The notes under the pieces were generated by a model. That model was not told where the DNA came from. It worked only from the letters and a program-made list of their open reading frames with translations, and did no database searches. Of a stretch of DNA of 32,000 nt, positions 23,020-32,000 are shown in pieces. How positions within the stretch are numbered: position 1 is the first letter of the stretch; each line of letters begins with the position of its first letter. A program made the translations under genes and the position numbers. This stretch comes from Bacteroidota bacterium (GTDB lineage: Bacteria; Bacteroidota; Bacteroidia; Chitinophagales; Chitinophagaceae), in assembly GCA_016868475.1 (NCBI GenBank), contig VGGU01000001.1, positions 25,405 to 57,404 on the forward strand, in the 5' to 3' direction.

Positions 23020-23784
23020 ATGCAATACGAGATCAAACAAAAAGATAAGTTCAGTTACGTGGATGAAGGAAAGGGTGAGCCCTTGATTCTACTTCACGGG
23101 CTGTTTGGTACCCTTAATAATTTTGAGGGTGTTTATAATTATTTCCGTCCTTATAACCGTGTCATTATTCCCCAACTACCTTTATTGGATTTAGATATCC
23201 TGAACACTTCTGTGGGAGGCTTGGCTAAATATGTAAATCGTTTTTTGGAAACGCTTGGGTTAACTGATGTACACCTGCTTGGTAATTCCTTGGGTGGTCA
23301 TGTGACATTGGTTCACACCCTAAAGAATCCGCAACGCGTTAAATCACTTATTCTCACAGGTAGTTCAGGACTCTTTGAAAATGGAATGGGGGACAGTTAC
23401 CCCAGACGAGGCGATTATGAGTATATCAAGAAAAAAGCATCCCAGACTTTTTACGATCCTGCCGTTGCAACAAAAGAGTTGGTGGATGAAATTTATAGCA
23501 TCACCAACAATCGCTTGAAAGTAATAAAGATTATTGCCCTTGCTAAAAGTGCAATTAGAAATAATTTGGGAGAGGAATTGAAGCATATCCATAAACCTAC
23601 TTTATTGATTTGGGGGAATAACGATATTATTACACCTCCTTTTGTAGGGCACGAGTTCAATAAATTAATCCTAAACAGCGAATTACATTTTATTGATAAA
23701 TGTGGGCATGCTCCAATGATGGAAGTGCCAGACGAATTCAATAAGATTCTTCATGGTTTTTTGAATAAATTACAGCATACCTAA
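23020..23784 (+). CDS. Alpha/beta hydrolase
   Basis: I chose the ATG at 23020 (MQYEIKQKDKFSYVDEGKGEPLILLHGLFG). GNSLGG is the nucleophile elbow, with IWGNNDIITP and a late DKCGHAPMME. The track's GTG start at 22999 is possible. A near-consensus TAATTTAG lies at 22987-22994. Confidence 0.85.
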   Translation: MQYEIKQKDKFSYVDEGKGEPLILLHGLFGTLNNFEGVYNYFRPYNRVIIPQLPLLDLDILNTSVGGLAKYVNRFLETLGLTDVHLLGNSLGGHVTLVHTLKNPQRVKSLILTGSSGLFENGMGDSYPRRGDYEYIKKKASQTFYDPAVATKELVDEIYSITNNRLKVIKIIALAKSAIRNNLGEELKHIHKPTLLIWGNNDIITPPFVGHEFNKLILNSELHFIDKCGHAPMMEVPDEFNKILHGFLNKLQHT

Positions 23785-23794
23785 CCGTTGGTAG

Positions 23795-24457
23795 ATGCAA
23801 ATACAGGATCTCAATTACGCCGGCTATCCGTGGGTGCAGCATGTTGAATCTGTTGCCACCACTCTTGCTATTATGGAAGACGAACAATTGGGCCATATTC
23901 CCGTGGTGGAAGGAGATACCTATTTAGGGTTGATAAGCAAAGAGGCTTTATTTGAAGTAATGGACGATTCGACAACCCTTCAACAATTAGCCTGGCCGTT
24001 GCCCCGCCCGTTTGTTAAACCTACTGATCATTTTCTGGCAGCCATTCAGTTGATGGATCAACAAGGTCTTACACTGGTTCCCGTAATAACGGATCAGCAG
24101 GAATTAATTGCTACCCTTAGTGTACAGGAGCTACTCACAGCGATTGGAAAATTTTTAGGACTACAGGAGGGAGGTGCCTTGTTAGTGTTGGAAAAAGAAG
24201 CCCAACATTATATGGTCAGCGAAGTGGCAAAACTGGTGGAGTCTAACGATGCCCAATTAGAACAATTGAATACCATAGTTAATGAGCAAACCGGGATCAT
24301 TCAATTGACCATTCGATTGAATAAATATGAAGTCTCCGATATCATTGCTACATTTCAACGTTACGACTACACTGTTCTGTATTATGTGGGAGAAGAACAA
24401 TATGCAAATGAATTAAAAAGCAATTACGATCACTTGATTCATTACCTCAAGATTTGA
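23795..24457 (+). CDS. CBS domain-containing protein (CBS pair plus a C-terminal ACT-like domain)
   Basis: 220 aa. There are two CBS-like repeats (HIPVVEGDTYLGLISKEALFE and LVPVITDQQELIATLSVQELL). A C-terminal beta-alpha-beta-like region follows (GALLVLEKE...IIQLTIRLN...). Confidence 0.7.
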   Translation: MQIQDLNYAGYPWVQHVESVATTLAIMEDEQLGHIPVVEGDTYLGLISKEALFEVMDDSTTLQQLAWPLPRPFVKPTDHFLAAIQLMDQQGLTLVPVITDQQELIATLSVQELLTAIGKFLGLQEGGALLVLEKEAQHYMVSEVAKLVESNDAQLEQLNTIVNEQTGIIQLTIRLNKYEVSDIIATFQRYDYTVLYYVGEEQYANELKSNYDHLIHYLKI

Positions 24458-24492
24458 CATTCCCCGCCTACCTGCTTTGGATAATCGTCCGT

Positions 24493-25980
24493 ATGTGTCA
24501 ATGGAAATCATATGTTATACTTGTTGCCGTTCTTGCGTTGTCGGTAAACCCATTGATGGCCCAACAAACAGATAGCGCTTTTGATTCCATCCCTTCGCCG
24601 GAGCCCATTGTTGATGTACTTAAGTATATACCTTCTTACACGCCCGAGCAAACCAACACCGGGTCTACTTTTTTAATTGCCAACATTATTGTTAATGGCA
24701 ATAAAAAAACACGTTCTAATATTGTTTTACGAGAAGTGCCTTTTAGGTCCGGAATGTCATTTTCTTTATCGCAATTAATCGATCTGTTTAAGCAGGGCGA
24801 ACAACAGCTAATGAACACGGCATTATTTCATTCGGCTTGTATCTATACAAGCAGGTTTGAGGGAAACTGCTTGGAGATAACAGTAGAAGTGGTTGAGCGC
24901 TGGTATTTATTTCCTTTTCCATTTTTTGATCTGGTAGATCGCAACATTAACCAGTGGTTGATTGAACAGCATGCCAGTTTAAAACGGGTTAATTATGGAT
25001 TAAAATTATTATACAATAATACAACGGGTCATAACGACAAGCTTCGTCTGTGGCTCATCAATGGGTACACCAAGGAGCTGTCGGTTAGTTATGAAAAACC
25101 CTACTTTGACAAAAAAATGCAATGGGGTTTTCGAGTTGTTGCCCGTGCTGGCAAAGGGCATGAGATAAATTATAATACCATTGCAGACAAACAGGTTTTT
25201 TTACGAACGCCCGGCTTTGTCCGCTCTTTTACCAGCCTGGGCGGAGAGTTAACCTATCGAAAAAAATTATTTGCCCGTCATAATTTTGGATTCTTTTATT
25301 TCAGCGAAAAAGTAGCAGACACCGTACTTAGTGCTAATCCAAATTATTTTCAAACGCCTGGACGTACTAATCAGTTCCCTGAACTCTATTATCAATTCAC
25401 CTACGCCAAGATGGATTATATACCCTATCCGCGTGAAGGATTTGCTACTCGGGTTCGCTTTAGCAAATTAGGTATTACGCCCGCATTCAATTTGTGGCAA
25501 TTACATTGGCAAACCAAGAAGGTTTGGCCGCTGGGATTAAAAAACATACTGACACTGGAGTCCTATGCCGGGATAAAACTTCCATTTAGTCAACCCTATG
25601 TGAACAGACGATTTTTAGGATACGATGAAATTTTTATGAGTGGGTTCGAGTATAATGTAATTGATGGGGTAGCCGGCGGGTATATTAGAAGTGGCATTGC
25701 GCGTGAATTATTTTGCATCAATATTCCATTGCCTGACTTTCTTCGAAAACGAACCTCAATTACAACTGTTCCTTTTCGCATTTTTGGAAAACTGTACTCA
25801 AACGCAGGTTATGTGCACAGCCCGGAACCCGGATTTAATTTTATGCAAAACAAGTTTTTACATGCGGCTGGATTAGGAATTGATATACTCTCCTTATACG
25901 ATTTAATCATCCGGATTGAGTATAGCTTTAATAACTTCGGCAAAAACGGACTATTTTTGCACCGCACCAGCAGTTTTTGA
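24493..25980 (+). CDS. BamA/TamA (Omp85) family outer-membrane protein, single-POTRA paralogue
   Basis: The ATG at 24493 gives the signal peptide MCQWKSYVILVAVLALSVNPLMAQQ. There is one POTRA-like unit (FLIANIIVNGNKKTRSNIVLREVPFRSGMSFSLSQLIDLFKQGEQQLMNTALFHSACIYTS...LEITVEVVERW), followed by about 380 aa of barrel-like sequence. It ends ...FLHRTSSF, a terminal Phe typical of OM barrels. An alternative TTG start at 24454 overlaps the CBS gene stop. Confidence 0.7.
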   Translation: MCQWKSYVILVAVLALSVNPLMAQQTDSAFDSIPSPEPIVDVLKYIPSYTPEQTNTGSTFLIANIIVNGNKKTRSNIVLREVPFRSGMSFSLSQLIDLFKQGEQQLMNTALFHSACIYTSRFEGNCLEITVEVVERWYLFPFPFFDLVDRNINQWLIEQHASLKRVNYGLKLLYNNTTGHNDKLRLWLINGYTKELSVSYEKPYFDKKMQWGFRVVARAGKGHEINYNTIADKQVFLRTPGFVRSFTSLGGELTYRKKLFARHNFGFFYFSEKVADTVLSANPNYFQTPGRTNQFPELYYQFTYAKMDYIPYPREGFATRVRFSKLGITPAFNLWQLHWQTKKVWPLGLKNILTLESYAGIKLPFSQPYVNRRFLGYDEIFMSGFEYNVIDGVAGGYIRSGIARELFCINIPLPDFLRKRTSITTVPFRIFGKLYSNAGYVHSPEPGFNFMQNKFLHAAGLGIDILSLYDLIIRIEYSFNNFGKNGLFLHRTSSF

Positions 25981-25981
25981 C

Positions 25982-26860
25982 ATGAAAGCAGCGATATACA
26001 GTCGGGTTTTTGATGAAGCCCATCTTCTTCCGCTGCAGCTTTTTTTTGAGGCACTTTACAAACACCAAATTGAGCCAATCATCTACCTGCCACTTTATGA
26101 ACAAATAAAGGAAAAGGTTCGTTTATCTGCACAAGTCAGCACTTTTACACAGTCGGCAGAGTTAACGGGAGACATTGAGCATATTATCAGTTTAGGAGGC
26201 GACGGCACTTTGTTGGATACCATTGCACTAATCAGAAACAAAAAGATTGCGGTAATGGGCATCAATTTCGGTCGTTTGGGATTTTTAGCCAGCATTGGTA
26301 AAGAGCAGGTTGATTTGGCTGTTTATTCCTTGGCCAATCGAACCTATGTGGAGGATCATCGCACATTGATTCACCTGGACGCAAACATCCCTTTATTTGG
26401 AGATGTTCCCTATGCATTGAATGAGTTTACTCTCCTTAAAAGAGATATCAACTCGATGATAAAAATTCACACCTATTTGAATGGTGAGTTTTTAAATACC
26501 TATTGGGCAGATGGGTTAATTGTGGCTACGCCTACGGGATCTACCGGATATTCGTTAAGCTGTAACGGACCCATTGTATTTCCGGACTCTCAAAGTTTTG
26601 TGATTACTCCGGTTGCTCCGCATAATCTCAATGTTCGACCAATTGTAGTACCCGATGATCATGTTATTTCCTTTGAGGTAGAAAGCAGGGGAGAGCAAAT
26701 AATTTGTTCGCTGGATGCTCGTAGAGAAACTGTACACAAGGATATTCAACTAGCTATAAAAAAGGAACAATTTACGATCAGCCTATTAAGGTTGAGTGAG
26801 AATAATTTCTTACAAACACTACACAACAAACTCACCTGGGGGCTCGATAAGCGTAATTGA
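25982..26860 (+). CDS. nadK: NAD(+) kinase
   Basis: The ATG at 25982 (MKAAIYSRVF...) lies 1 nt after the Omp85 paralogue stop. NAD kinase motifs present are GGDGTLL, INFGRLGFL, ALNEF and ATPTGSTGYSLSCNGPIV. The track start at 25916 would overlap the upstream gene. Confidence 0.9.
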   Translation: MKAAIYSRVFDEAHLLPLQLFFEALYKHQIEPIIYLPLYEQIKEKVRLSAQVSTFTQSAELTGDIEHIISLGGDGTLLDTIALIRNKKIAVMGINFGRLGFLASIGKEQVDLAVYSLANRTYVEDHRTLIHLDANIPLFGDVPYALNEFTLLKRDINSMIKIHTYLNGEFLNTYWADGLIVATPTGSTGYSLSCNGPIVFPDSQSFVITPVAPHNLNVRPIVVPDDHVISFEVESRGEQIICSLDARRETVHKDIQLAIKKEQFTISLLRLSENNFLQTLHNKLTWGLDKRN

Positions 26861-26896
26861 TATATACCAAATCACTTTTTTAAACGTTACTCTTGT

Positions 26897-27769
26897 ATGT
26901 TACAGTTAAAATATTGGTCAGCGCTGGTTGGAGTTTTTCTTTTTTCGTTTTCTGTTGTTACTGTTCAGGCACAACAAGGAGATTATTTGTTGGGAGAAGT
27001 AGGCATAGGACTTGGGTCCGCCCATTATTTTGGAGACCTTAATACCACCACACGCCTGAACAGACCCAAAGCTGCCGGTAGTTTTTTTTATAAAAGAAAC
27101 TTAGGCAATTATATTGCTGCAAGAGTAGGGCTGAGTTATGTGGAACTGGGCTATTCTGATATTTACAACACAAAAAATCCTGTTCAGTTAAAACGTAATC
27201 TCAGTTTTAATTCTTCCGTATGGGAATTGGCATTGCAAGGGGACTTTAATTTTTTTCGATTTGATCCTCAAGAGCCTGGGCTCAACTTTACTCCTTATAT
27301 CACTTTAGGGGTAGGTTATTTCAGGCATAATCCCTATGCGTTTTTATATAATCAACGTGTTTATTTTAGAGAACTGCCCGTTGGCACAGAGGGGCAGAAT
27401 AGCCCCCTATATCCCGACCGAAAAATGTATAGTGCAAATGCAATAAGCATCCCTTTTGGGGGAGGAATAAAATATGCAATTGCTGGAGGCAGGTACAATA
27501 TAGGATTGGAAATTGTACATCGGTTCACCAACACAGATTATCTGGACGATGTGAGCACTACTTATGTAAACCCCGCTGCTTTTCCAAAACCCCCTAGTGG
27601 TGTTGCTGATGCACAACTACTAAGCGACAGGTCTTATGAACTAGGCACTCCCATTGGAATCCCCGGCCTTCAACGTGGAAATGGCAGTAAACAACGAGAT
27701 CAATTTGTTACGGCCCAACTTACATTCAGCTTCAACCTCTTTAGTTATAAATGCCCGGCTGCCGACTAA
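26897..27769 (+). CDS. Outer-membrane beta-barrel protein (DUF6089-like)
   Basis: 290 aa. The signal peptide ends FSFSVVTVQAQQ. The alternating strand pattern includes GEVGIGLGSAHYFGDLN and TPYITLGVGYF. Its position between nadK and uppS matches the conserved Bacteroidota block, where this slot is a DUF6089 protein as I remember it. Confidence 0.6.
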   Translation: MLQLKYWSALVGVFLFSFSVVTVQAQQGDYLLGEVGIGLGSAHYFGDLNTTTRLNRPKAAGSFFYKRNLGNYIAARVGLSYVELGYSDIYNTKNPVQLKRNLSFNSSVWELALQGDFNFFRFDPQEPGLNFTPYITLGVGYFRHNPYAFLYNQRVYFRELPVGTEGQNSPLYPDRKMYSANAISIPFGGGIKYAIAGGRYNIGLEIVHRFTNTDYLDDVSTTYVNPAAFPKPPSGVADAQLLSDRSYELGTPIGIPGLQRGNGSKQRDQFVTAQLTFSFNLFSYKCPAAD

Positions 27770-27802
27770 AATGGGTAACTTTACAACTGACTTGAACAAC
27801 TT

Positions 27803-28546
27803 ATGTCGGCTCTGGTTCCCCCATCATTAGATAAAAATCGTTTACCCCGCCACATTGCCATCATCATGGATGGGAATGGTCGTTGGGCTAAGGATAGGGG
27901 GGAAGACCGTTTGTTTGGCCATTACCACGGAGTTGAAAGCGTGCGTGATATTGTAGAGGCGGCTGCCGAATTAGGCATAAAGTACTTAACCCTGTATGCT
28001 TTTTCTACAGAAAACTGGGACCGCCCGGCTGAGGAAGTTTCGGGCCTGATGCAACTTTTGGTAACTACCATTCGAAAAGAAGTGCCCACGCTTAATAAGA
28101 ACAATATTCGTTTACATGTGATCGGGGATTTGAGTATGCTACCCGACTTTGCTCAAAATGAGTTAAAGGAAGCTTTGGAGATGACGGCTCCTAACACAGG
28201 GTTGAATTTAGTGATGGCACTTAGTTATAGTGGGCGTTGGGAGTTAGTGGAAGCAGTGCGTAACATTGCCCGTGCTGTTGAGGAAAAAAAACTGAATTGG
28301 ACTCAAATAACTGAACAAACCTTACAAGATCATCTCTCGACGCATGCTTTCCCCGATCCTGAGTTAATGATCAGAACCAGTGGAGAATACAGGATAAGTA
28401 ATTTCCTACTTTTTCAATTGGCTTATGCTGAATTATACTTTACGGAAGTGTGTTGGCCAGACTTTAGAAAGCAAAATCTGTACGATGCCTTGTTGGATTA
28501 TCAACAAAGGGAGAGACGTTTTGGAAAAATCAGTGAGCAGCTTTAA
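27803..28546 (+). CDS. uppS: Isoprenyl transferase (undecaprenyl diphosphate synthase)
   Basis: 247 aa. The canonical cis-prenyltransferase motifs are present: HIAIIMDGNGRWA, LTLYAFSTENWDRP, IRTSGEYRISNFLLFQLAYAELYF and RERRFG. Confidence 0.95.
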   Translation: MSALVPPSLDKNRLPRHIAIIMDGNGRWAKDRGEDRLFGHYHGVESVRDIVEAAAELGIKYLTLYAFSTENWDRPAEEVSGLMQLLVTTIRKEVPTLNKNNIRLHVIGDLSMLPDFAQNELKEALEMTAPNTGLNLVMALSYSGRWELVEAVRNIARAVEEKKLNWTQITEQTLQDHLSTHAFPDPELMIRTSGEYRISNFLLFQLAYAELYFTEVCWPDFRKQNLYDALLDYQQRERRFGKISEQL

Positions 28547-28618
28547 CAAAGACTTTCGATTTTTAACCTTAATTTGCCGACCGGCTAAATGCTGGTATTA
28601 TATAACACATTGAAACTG

Positions 28619-31366
28619 ATGCGTTTAAATTCACTGCCTCACTATTTATTGCTCCTTGGGCTTACTACTTTAAGCTTTATTCCTCCTGTTCAAGCACAGG
28701 AAAGCTCGGACAGCTCTAAGCCTACTTCTGTAGACCCCCGCCTTTTGGAATGGGAAAAAGCTCGAATTGTAAAGGAATATATCGTTGCGGATGTAAAAAT
28801 TACCGGTATTCGTTACTTGGATACATCCATTGTTTATTCCATTGCAAACCTGCATCCTGGCGATAAGTTTGTACACCCCGGTGCTGAGCTTTTTGGAAAG
28901 GCCATTAGTAATTTATGGAGACAAAAACTATTCTCTGGTGCACAGGTGTATATTACAAAATTAGAGGATGATAAAGTTTGGGTGGAGATCAATGTGCAAG
29001 AAAGACCTCGTCTTGGAAATTACAAATTCATAGGAATTCGCAAACCGGAGGAAGAAGACATTCTTTCTAAGATTAACCTGACCAAGCAGACCATCATCAC
29101 TGAAAATACCCGCAGGGAGATCATTGAAAAAATCTCCAAACATTATGCCGAAAAAGGATTCAGAAATGTTCAGGTTAAGTTGGAAGAAAAGCCAGATCCC
29201 ACTTTTGCCAATTCAAATATGCTTTTGATCAATATTGCCAAGGGCAACCGAGTTCGTATTGGGGATATTAATTTTTATGGAAACGAACAGGTAGACGATC
29301 TGCGATTGAAAAAACAATTTAAAGGCACTAAGGAATCTACACGAATTACGCTGCGCCCAGATCAGGCCACAGGTCCTTACGGAACAAATACAGTTGCAAG
29401 TTTTCGTGAGTATTTTAAGACCCTGGGATTTCTATCGCCCAGCCGCACTAAGCGCGTATTGGATCCTTATGTTCGGATTAAATTATTAAGCTCGGCAAAA
29501 TTTGATGATAAGAAGTACGAAGAAGACAAGGAAAAGTTACTCAATCATTACAACTCTCTGGGTTATCGGGATGCACAAATAATTGCCGACACTCAGTATC
29601 TCACCTCAAAGGGCAATTTAAAAATAGACTTTAAAATCAACGAGGGGCATCGTTATTATTTTGGAAATATTAATTGGAAGGGCAACGCTAAATTTTCTGA
29701 TTCATTACTCAATCAATTGTTGGGGATTAACAAAGGAGATATTTACAACGTGGTGGTGTTGAATAAAAGATTGGGCAAAGAAGCTTCTCAGGAAGGCGGT
29801 GATATTAGCGGATATTATATGGATGATGGTTATTTGTTCTTCCGCGCCGAGCCAGTAGAAATTGCTGTTTACAACGACACCATTGATTATGAGATCAGAA
29901 TGATGGAGGGTCCGCAGGCGCGTATCAAAAACGTAACCATTTCGGGCAACGAAAAAACAAAGGATCATGTGGTACGTCGTGAACTACGCACCGTTCCAGG
30001 TGAATTATTCAGTCGTGCGCAATTGATCCGTTCACAGCGTGAATTAGGAAATCTGCAATTCTTTAATCAGGAAAAAATTAATCCGGGTGTTGTTCCAAAC
30101 CAAGATGATGGAACCGTTGATATCAATTGGCAGTTGGAAGAAAAATCGGCAGATCAGCTAGAGCTTTCTGCAGGTTGGGGTGGTGGAATTGGTTTAACTG
30201 GTACCCTGGGTGTTACGTTCAATAATTTTTCTGTAAAAAATATTTGGAAAAAATCTGCCTGGGATCCCCTGCCAACAGGAGATGGACAAAAACTAAGCGT
30301 ACGATTACAGTCTAATGGACAGGCCTATCGATCTTACAGCGCTTCTTTTACTGAGCCTTGGTTAGGAGGAAAGAAAAGAAATTCTTTGACCTTTGGTTTT
30401 AACAGTAGCCGTTTTTCCAATGCATTTGATCCATTTACCGGCAGAATTGATAAGGCACGCTCTGATACCAATTATCTCAGCACCAGTGGATTCTCCGTTG
30501 CATTTGGTAAACAATTAAAATGGCCTGACGATTATTTCAATTTGTTACTTACGTTCAACTACACCCGCTATAAACTTGCCAATTATCCAATTTTCAGCAC
30601 TGACTTCACATCCGGAACCTCCAATAATGTGAGCGTAAAAATAGCTTTGCAACGTTCGTCCGTATTCAATCCTATATTTCCTACCAGTGGATCTAATTTT
30701 CTGGCCAGCGTGCAGCTAACACCTCCCTATTCCATATTGGGCAATGTTAGGTCTGGCTACAATGCTTATCGCAGACCTGAATATCACAAATGGCGTTTCA
30801 ATGCGGAATGGTATGTACCCATTGGAAAACCATTGGGGACTGAAAAAAATCGGCAGTTTGTATTGAAGTTAGCTGCCAAGTACGGATTCATGGGACGTTA
30901 CAATTCAGATCTGCCCTACTCTCCTTTTGAGCGTTTCCAAGTGGGCGATGCCGGTTTGACAAATAACTTTGGATTATTGGGCTATGACATTGTTGCACAT
31001 CGCGGATATCCGGTTTACCAAACCTCCGACCCAACCATCAACCCGGATCAGCAAAGTGCAAGCCAATTCTTTACTATTTTCAACAAGTATCAATTGGAAG
31101 CTCGCTTTCCATTAGTAACCAATCCCAGCAGTACTATATATGCGCTTAGCTTTTTTGAAGCGGCCAATGGATGGTACAATTACAAAGATTATAATCCTTT
31201 CCGCTTACGTCGTAGTGTGGGAGTGGGTATGCGATTTTTCCTTCCTATGTTTGGACTACTTGGATTTGACTATGGACTTGGTTTAGACCGAGCTACTCCC
31301 GGTCATTCCAACGGGCTGAAAGGAATTTCTCGCTTCACCTTTATGCTAGGGTTTGAACCAGAATAA
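28619..31366 (+). CDS. bamA: Outer membrane protein assembly factor BamA
   Basis: About 915 aa from the ATG at 28619 (MRLNSLPHYLLLLGLTTLSFIPPVQAQ). It contains repeated POTRA-like units (IVADVKITGIRYLD, YKFIGIRKPEE, IGDINFYGNEQV, FGNINWKGNAKFSD, IKNVTISGNEKTKDHVVRREL) and a C-terminal Omp85 barrel (RRSVGVGMRFFLPMFGLLGFDYG). The uppS-bamA-skp synteny supports the call. Confidence 0.9.
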   Translation: MRLNSLPHYLLLLGLTTLSFIPPVQAQESSDSSKPTSVDPRLLEWEKARIVKEYIVADVKITGIRYLDTSIVYSIANLHPGDKFVHPGAELFGKAISNLWRQKLFSGAQVYITKLEDDKVWVEINVQERPRLGNYKFIGIRKPEEEDILSKINLTKQTIITENTRREIIEKISKHYAEKGFRNVQVKLEEKPDPTFANSNMLLINIAKGNRVRIGDINFYGNEQVDDLRLKKQFKGTKESTRITLRPDQATGPYGTNTVASFREYFKTLGFLSPSRTKRVLDPYVRIKLLSSAKFDDKKYEEDKEKLLNHYNSLGYRDAQIIADTQYLTSKGNLKIDFKINEGHRYYFGNINWKGNAKFSDSLLNQLLGINKGDIYNVVVLNKRLGKEASQEGGDISGYYMDDGYLFFRAEPVEIAVYNDTIDYEIRMMEGPQARIKNVTISGNEKTKDHVVRRELRTVPGELFSRAQLIRSQRELGNLQFFNQEKINPGVVPNQDDGTVDINWQLEEKSADQLELSAGWGGGIGLTGTLGVTFNNFSVKNIWKKSAWDPLPTGDGQKLSVRLQSNGQAYRSYSASFTEPWLGGKKRNSLTFGFNSSRFSNAFDPFTGRIDKARSDTNYLSTSGFSVAFGKQLKWPDDYFNLLLTFNYTRYKLANYPIFSTDFTSGTSNNVSVKIALQRSSVFNPIFPTSGSNFLASVQLTPPYSILGNVRSGYNAYRRPEYHKWRFNAEWYVPIGKPLGTEKNRQFVLKLAAKYGFMGRYNSDLPYSPFERFQVGDAGLTNNFGLLGYDIVAHRGYPVYQTSDPTINPDQQSASQFFTIFNKYQLEARFPLVTNPSSTIYALSFFEAANGWYNYKDYNPFRLRRSVGVGMRFFLPMFGLLGFDYGLGLDRATPGHSNGLKGISRFTFMLGFEPE

Positions 31367-31375
31367 TTATTGAGT

Positions 31376-31885
31376 ATGAAAAAATATTTACTGGTATTCG
31401 GCTTTCTCTTTACAGCACTCTTTGGTGCTGCACAGAAATACGCAATAGTAGATACGCGATACATCCTTGATAAGATGCCGGAATACAGAACCGCACAACA
31501 ACAGTTGGATGTAATGGCAGCTAACTGGCAAAAAGAAATTGACAGTATGCAACTGTCGCTGGATCGTTTGTATCGTGAGTTTGATGCAGAACAAGTGATG
31601 CTTACCGCTGAATTGAAAAAAAGAAGAGAAGACCAGTTGTTCATTAAAGAAAAAGAACTGCGGGATCTACAACGTAGACGCTTTGGATTTGAAGGAGAAC
31701 TATTTAGAAAAAGACAGGAGCTGGTTAAGCCGGTACAGGATAAGGTTTACAATGCTATTCAAAAGCTCGCTTCTAGTCGGGGTTATGATTTTGTCTTGGA
31801 CAAAAGTGAGGGAATTACCATTATATTTGCCGACCCCAAGCTTGACAAAAGCGAGGAGGTGTTGAAAGAATTAGGAATACGTTAA
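31376..31885 (+). CDS. skp: OmpH/Skp family periplasmic chaperone
   Basis: The ATG at 31376 gives MKKYLLVFGFLFTALFGAAQKYAIVD. A coiled-coil-like, charged, Q/E/K/R-rich middle region follows. The C-terminal YDFVLDKS...IIFADPKLD is typical of OmpH/Skp. It lies immediately downstream of bamA. Confidence 0.85.
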   Translation: MKKYLLVFGFLFTALFGAAQKYAIVDTRYILDKMPEYRTAQQQLDVMAANWQKEIDSMQLSLDRLYREFDAEQVMLTAELKKRREDQLFIKEKELRDLQRRRFGFEGELFRKRQELVKPVQDKVYNAIQKLASSRGYDFVLDKSEGITIIFADPKLDKSEEVLKELGIR

Positions 31886-31914
31886 TAGCAACTTCTATTT
31901 ATAAAAACCAAAAC

Positions 31915-32000
31915 ATGAAAAAGTACGTAGCCATTATGGCATTGATCGGTTTGCTTGGTTTTACCCAAGTATCTCAGGCACAGATCAAGATCGGCTATAT
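31915..32000 (+). CDS. Second OmpH/Skp family protein (partial; N-terminus only, runs off the right edge)
   Basis: My own translation from the ATG at 31915 is MKKYVAIMALIGLLGFTQVSQAQIKIGY... This is a signal peptide followed by the QxKIGY start common to OmpH proteins. Tandem skp copies after bamA are the norm in Bacteroidota. Confidence 0.6.
   Translation, partial: MKKYVAIMALIGLLGFTQVSQAQIKIGY

Noticed and set aside
1-32000. I looked across the whole window for a discrete novel system: defence island, mobile element, CRISPR array, tRNA or rRNA, toxin-antitoxin pair, phage remnant, or a compositional island.
   Set aside because: Every gap longer than about 110 nt is accounted for by promoters or terminators, and every long ORF has a recognisable housekeeping or envelope family. 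I saw no integrase, transposase or recombinase motifs. I saw no spaced direct repeats and no tRNA-like cloverleaf in any intergenic region. This scan was by eye only; a computed GC-skew and k-mer scan plus tRNAscan and Infernal would be the proper check.

Overview
I found no discrete novel system in this window. It is a densely packed (about 95% coding), syntenic, housekeeping stretch of a Bacteroidota chromosome, most likely Chitinophagia or Sphingobacteriia-like. It looks moderately AT-rich by eye; I did not compute composition.

The phylum call rests on three things:
- repeated TAnnTTTG -7 promoter boxes in front of genes;
- phylum-specific genes (gldC, a DUF4290 protein, a DUF6089-like barrel);
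- the conserved envelope block: alpha/beta hydrolase, CBS protein, nadK, beta-barrel, uppS, bamA, skp, skp.

I call 36 protein genes. In order, with (-) marking minus-strand genes:
- GT2 (-, partial, missing from the ORF track), GT4, coaX, an unnamed outer-membrane barrel, lptC
- a Kv-beta-like aldo/keto reductase and an HSDL2-like SDR
- lysS (-), a small OM barrel (-), flavin reductase (-), FAH-family hydrolase (-)
- an FA2H-like fatty-acid hydroxylase
- a trans-sulfuration PLP enzyme (-) and a secreted alpha/beta hydrolase (-)
- a deoxyhypusine-synthase homologue
- M28 peptidase (-), rpiB (-), tatC (-), a CNNM/CorC-type protein (-), gmk (-), DUF4290 (-)
- a degenerate GT-B protein, gldC, yqeY-like, cvpA, an alpha/beta hydrolase, a CBS protein
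- a single-POTRA Omp85 paralogue, nadK, a DUF6089-like barrel, uppS, bamA, skp, and a second skp (partial)

I found no rRNA, tRNA, CRISPR array, transposase, integrase, phage, toxin-antitoxin or recognisable defence genes. I saw no compositional island.

The findings are therefore modest observations about individual genes. The best candidates are:
- the stand-alone bacterial deoxyhypusine-synthase homologue;
- the unnamed OM barrel translationally coupled to lptC;
- a GT-B protein with a broken EX7E motif next to gldC;
- an extra Omp85 paralogue inside the BamA envelope block;
- the RG-rich DUF4290 protein.

All family assignments come from motif recognition by eye. No database search was run.
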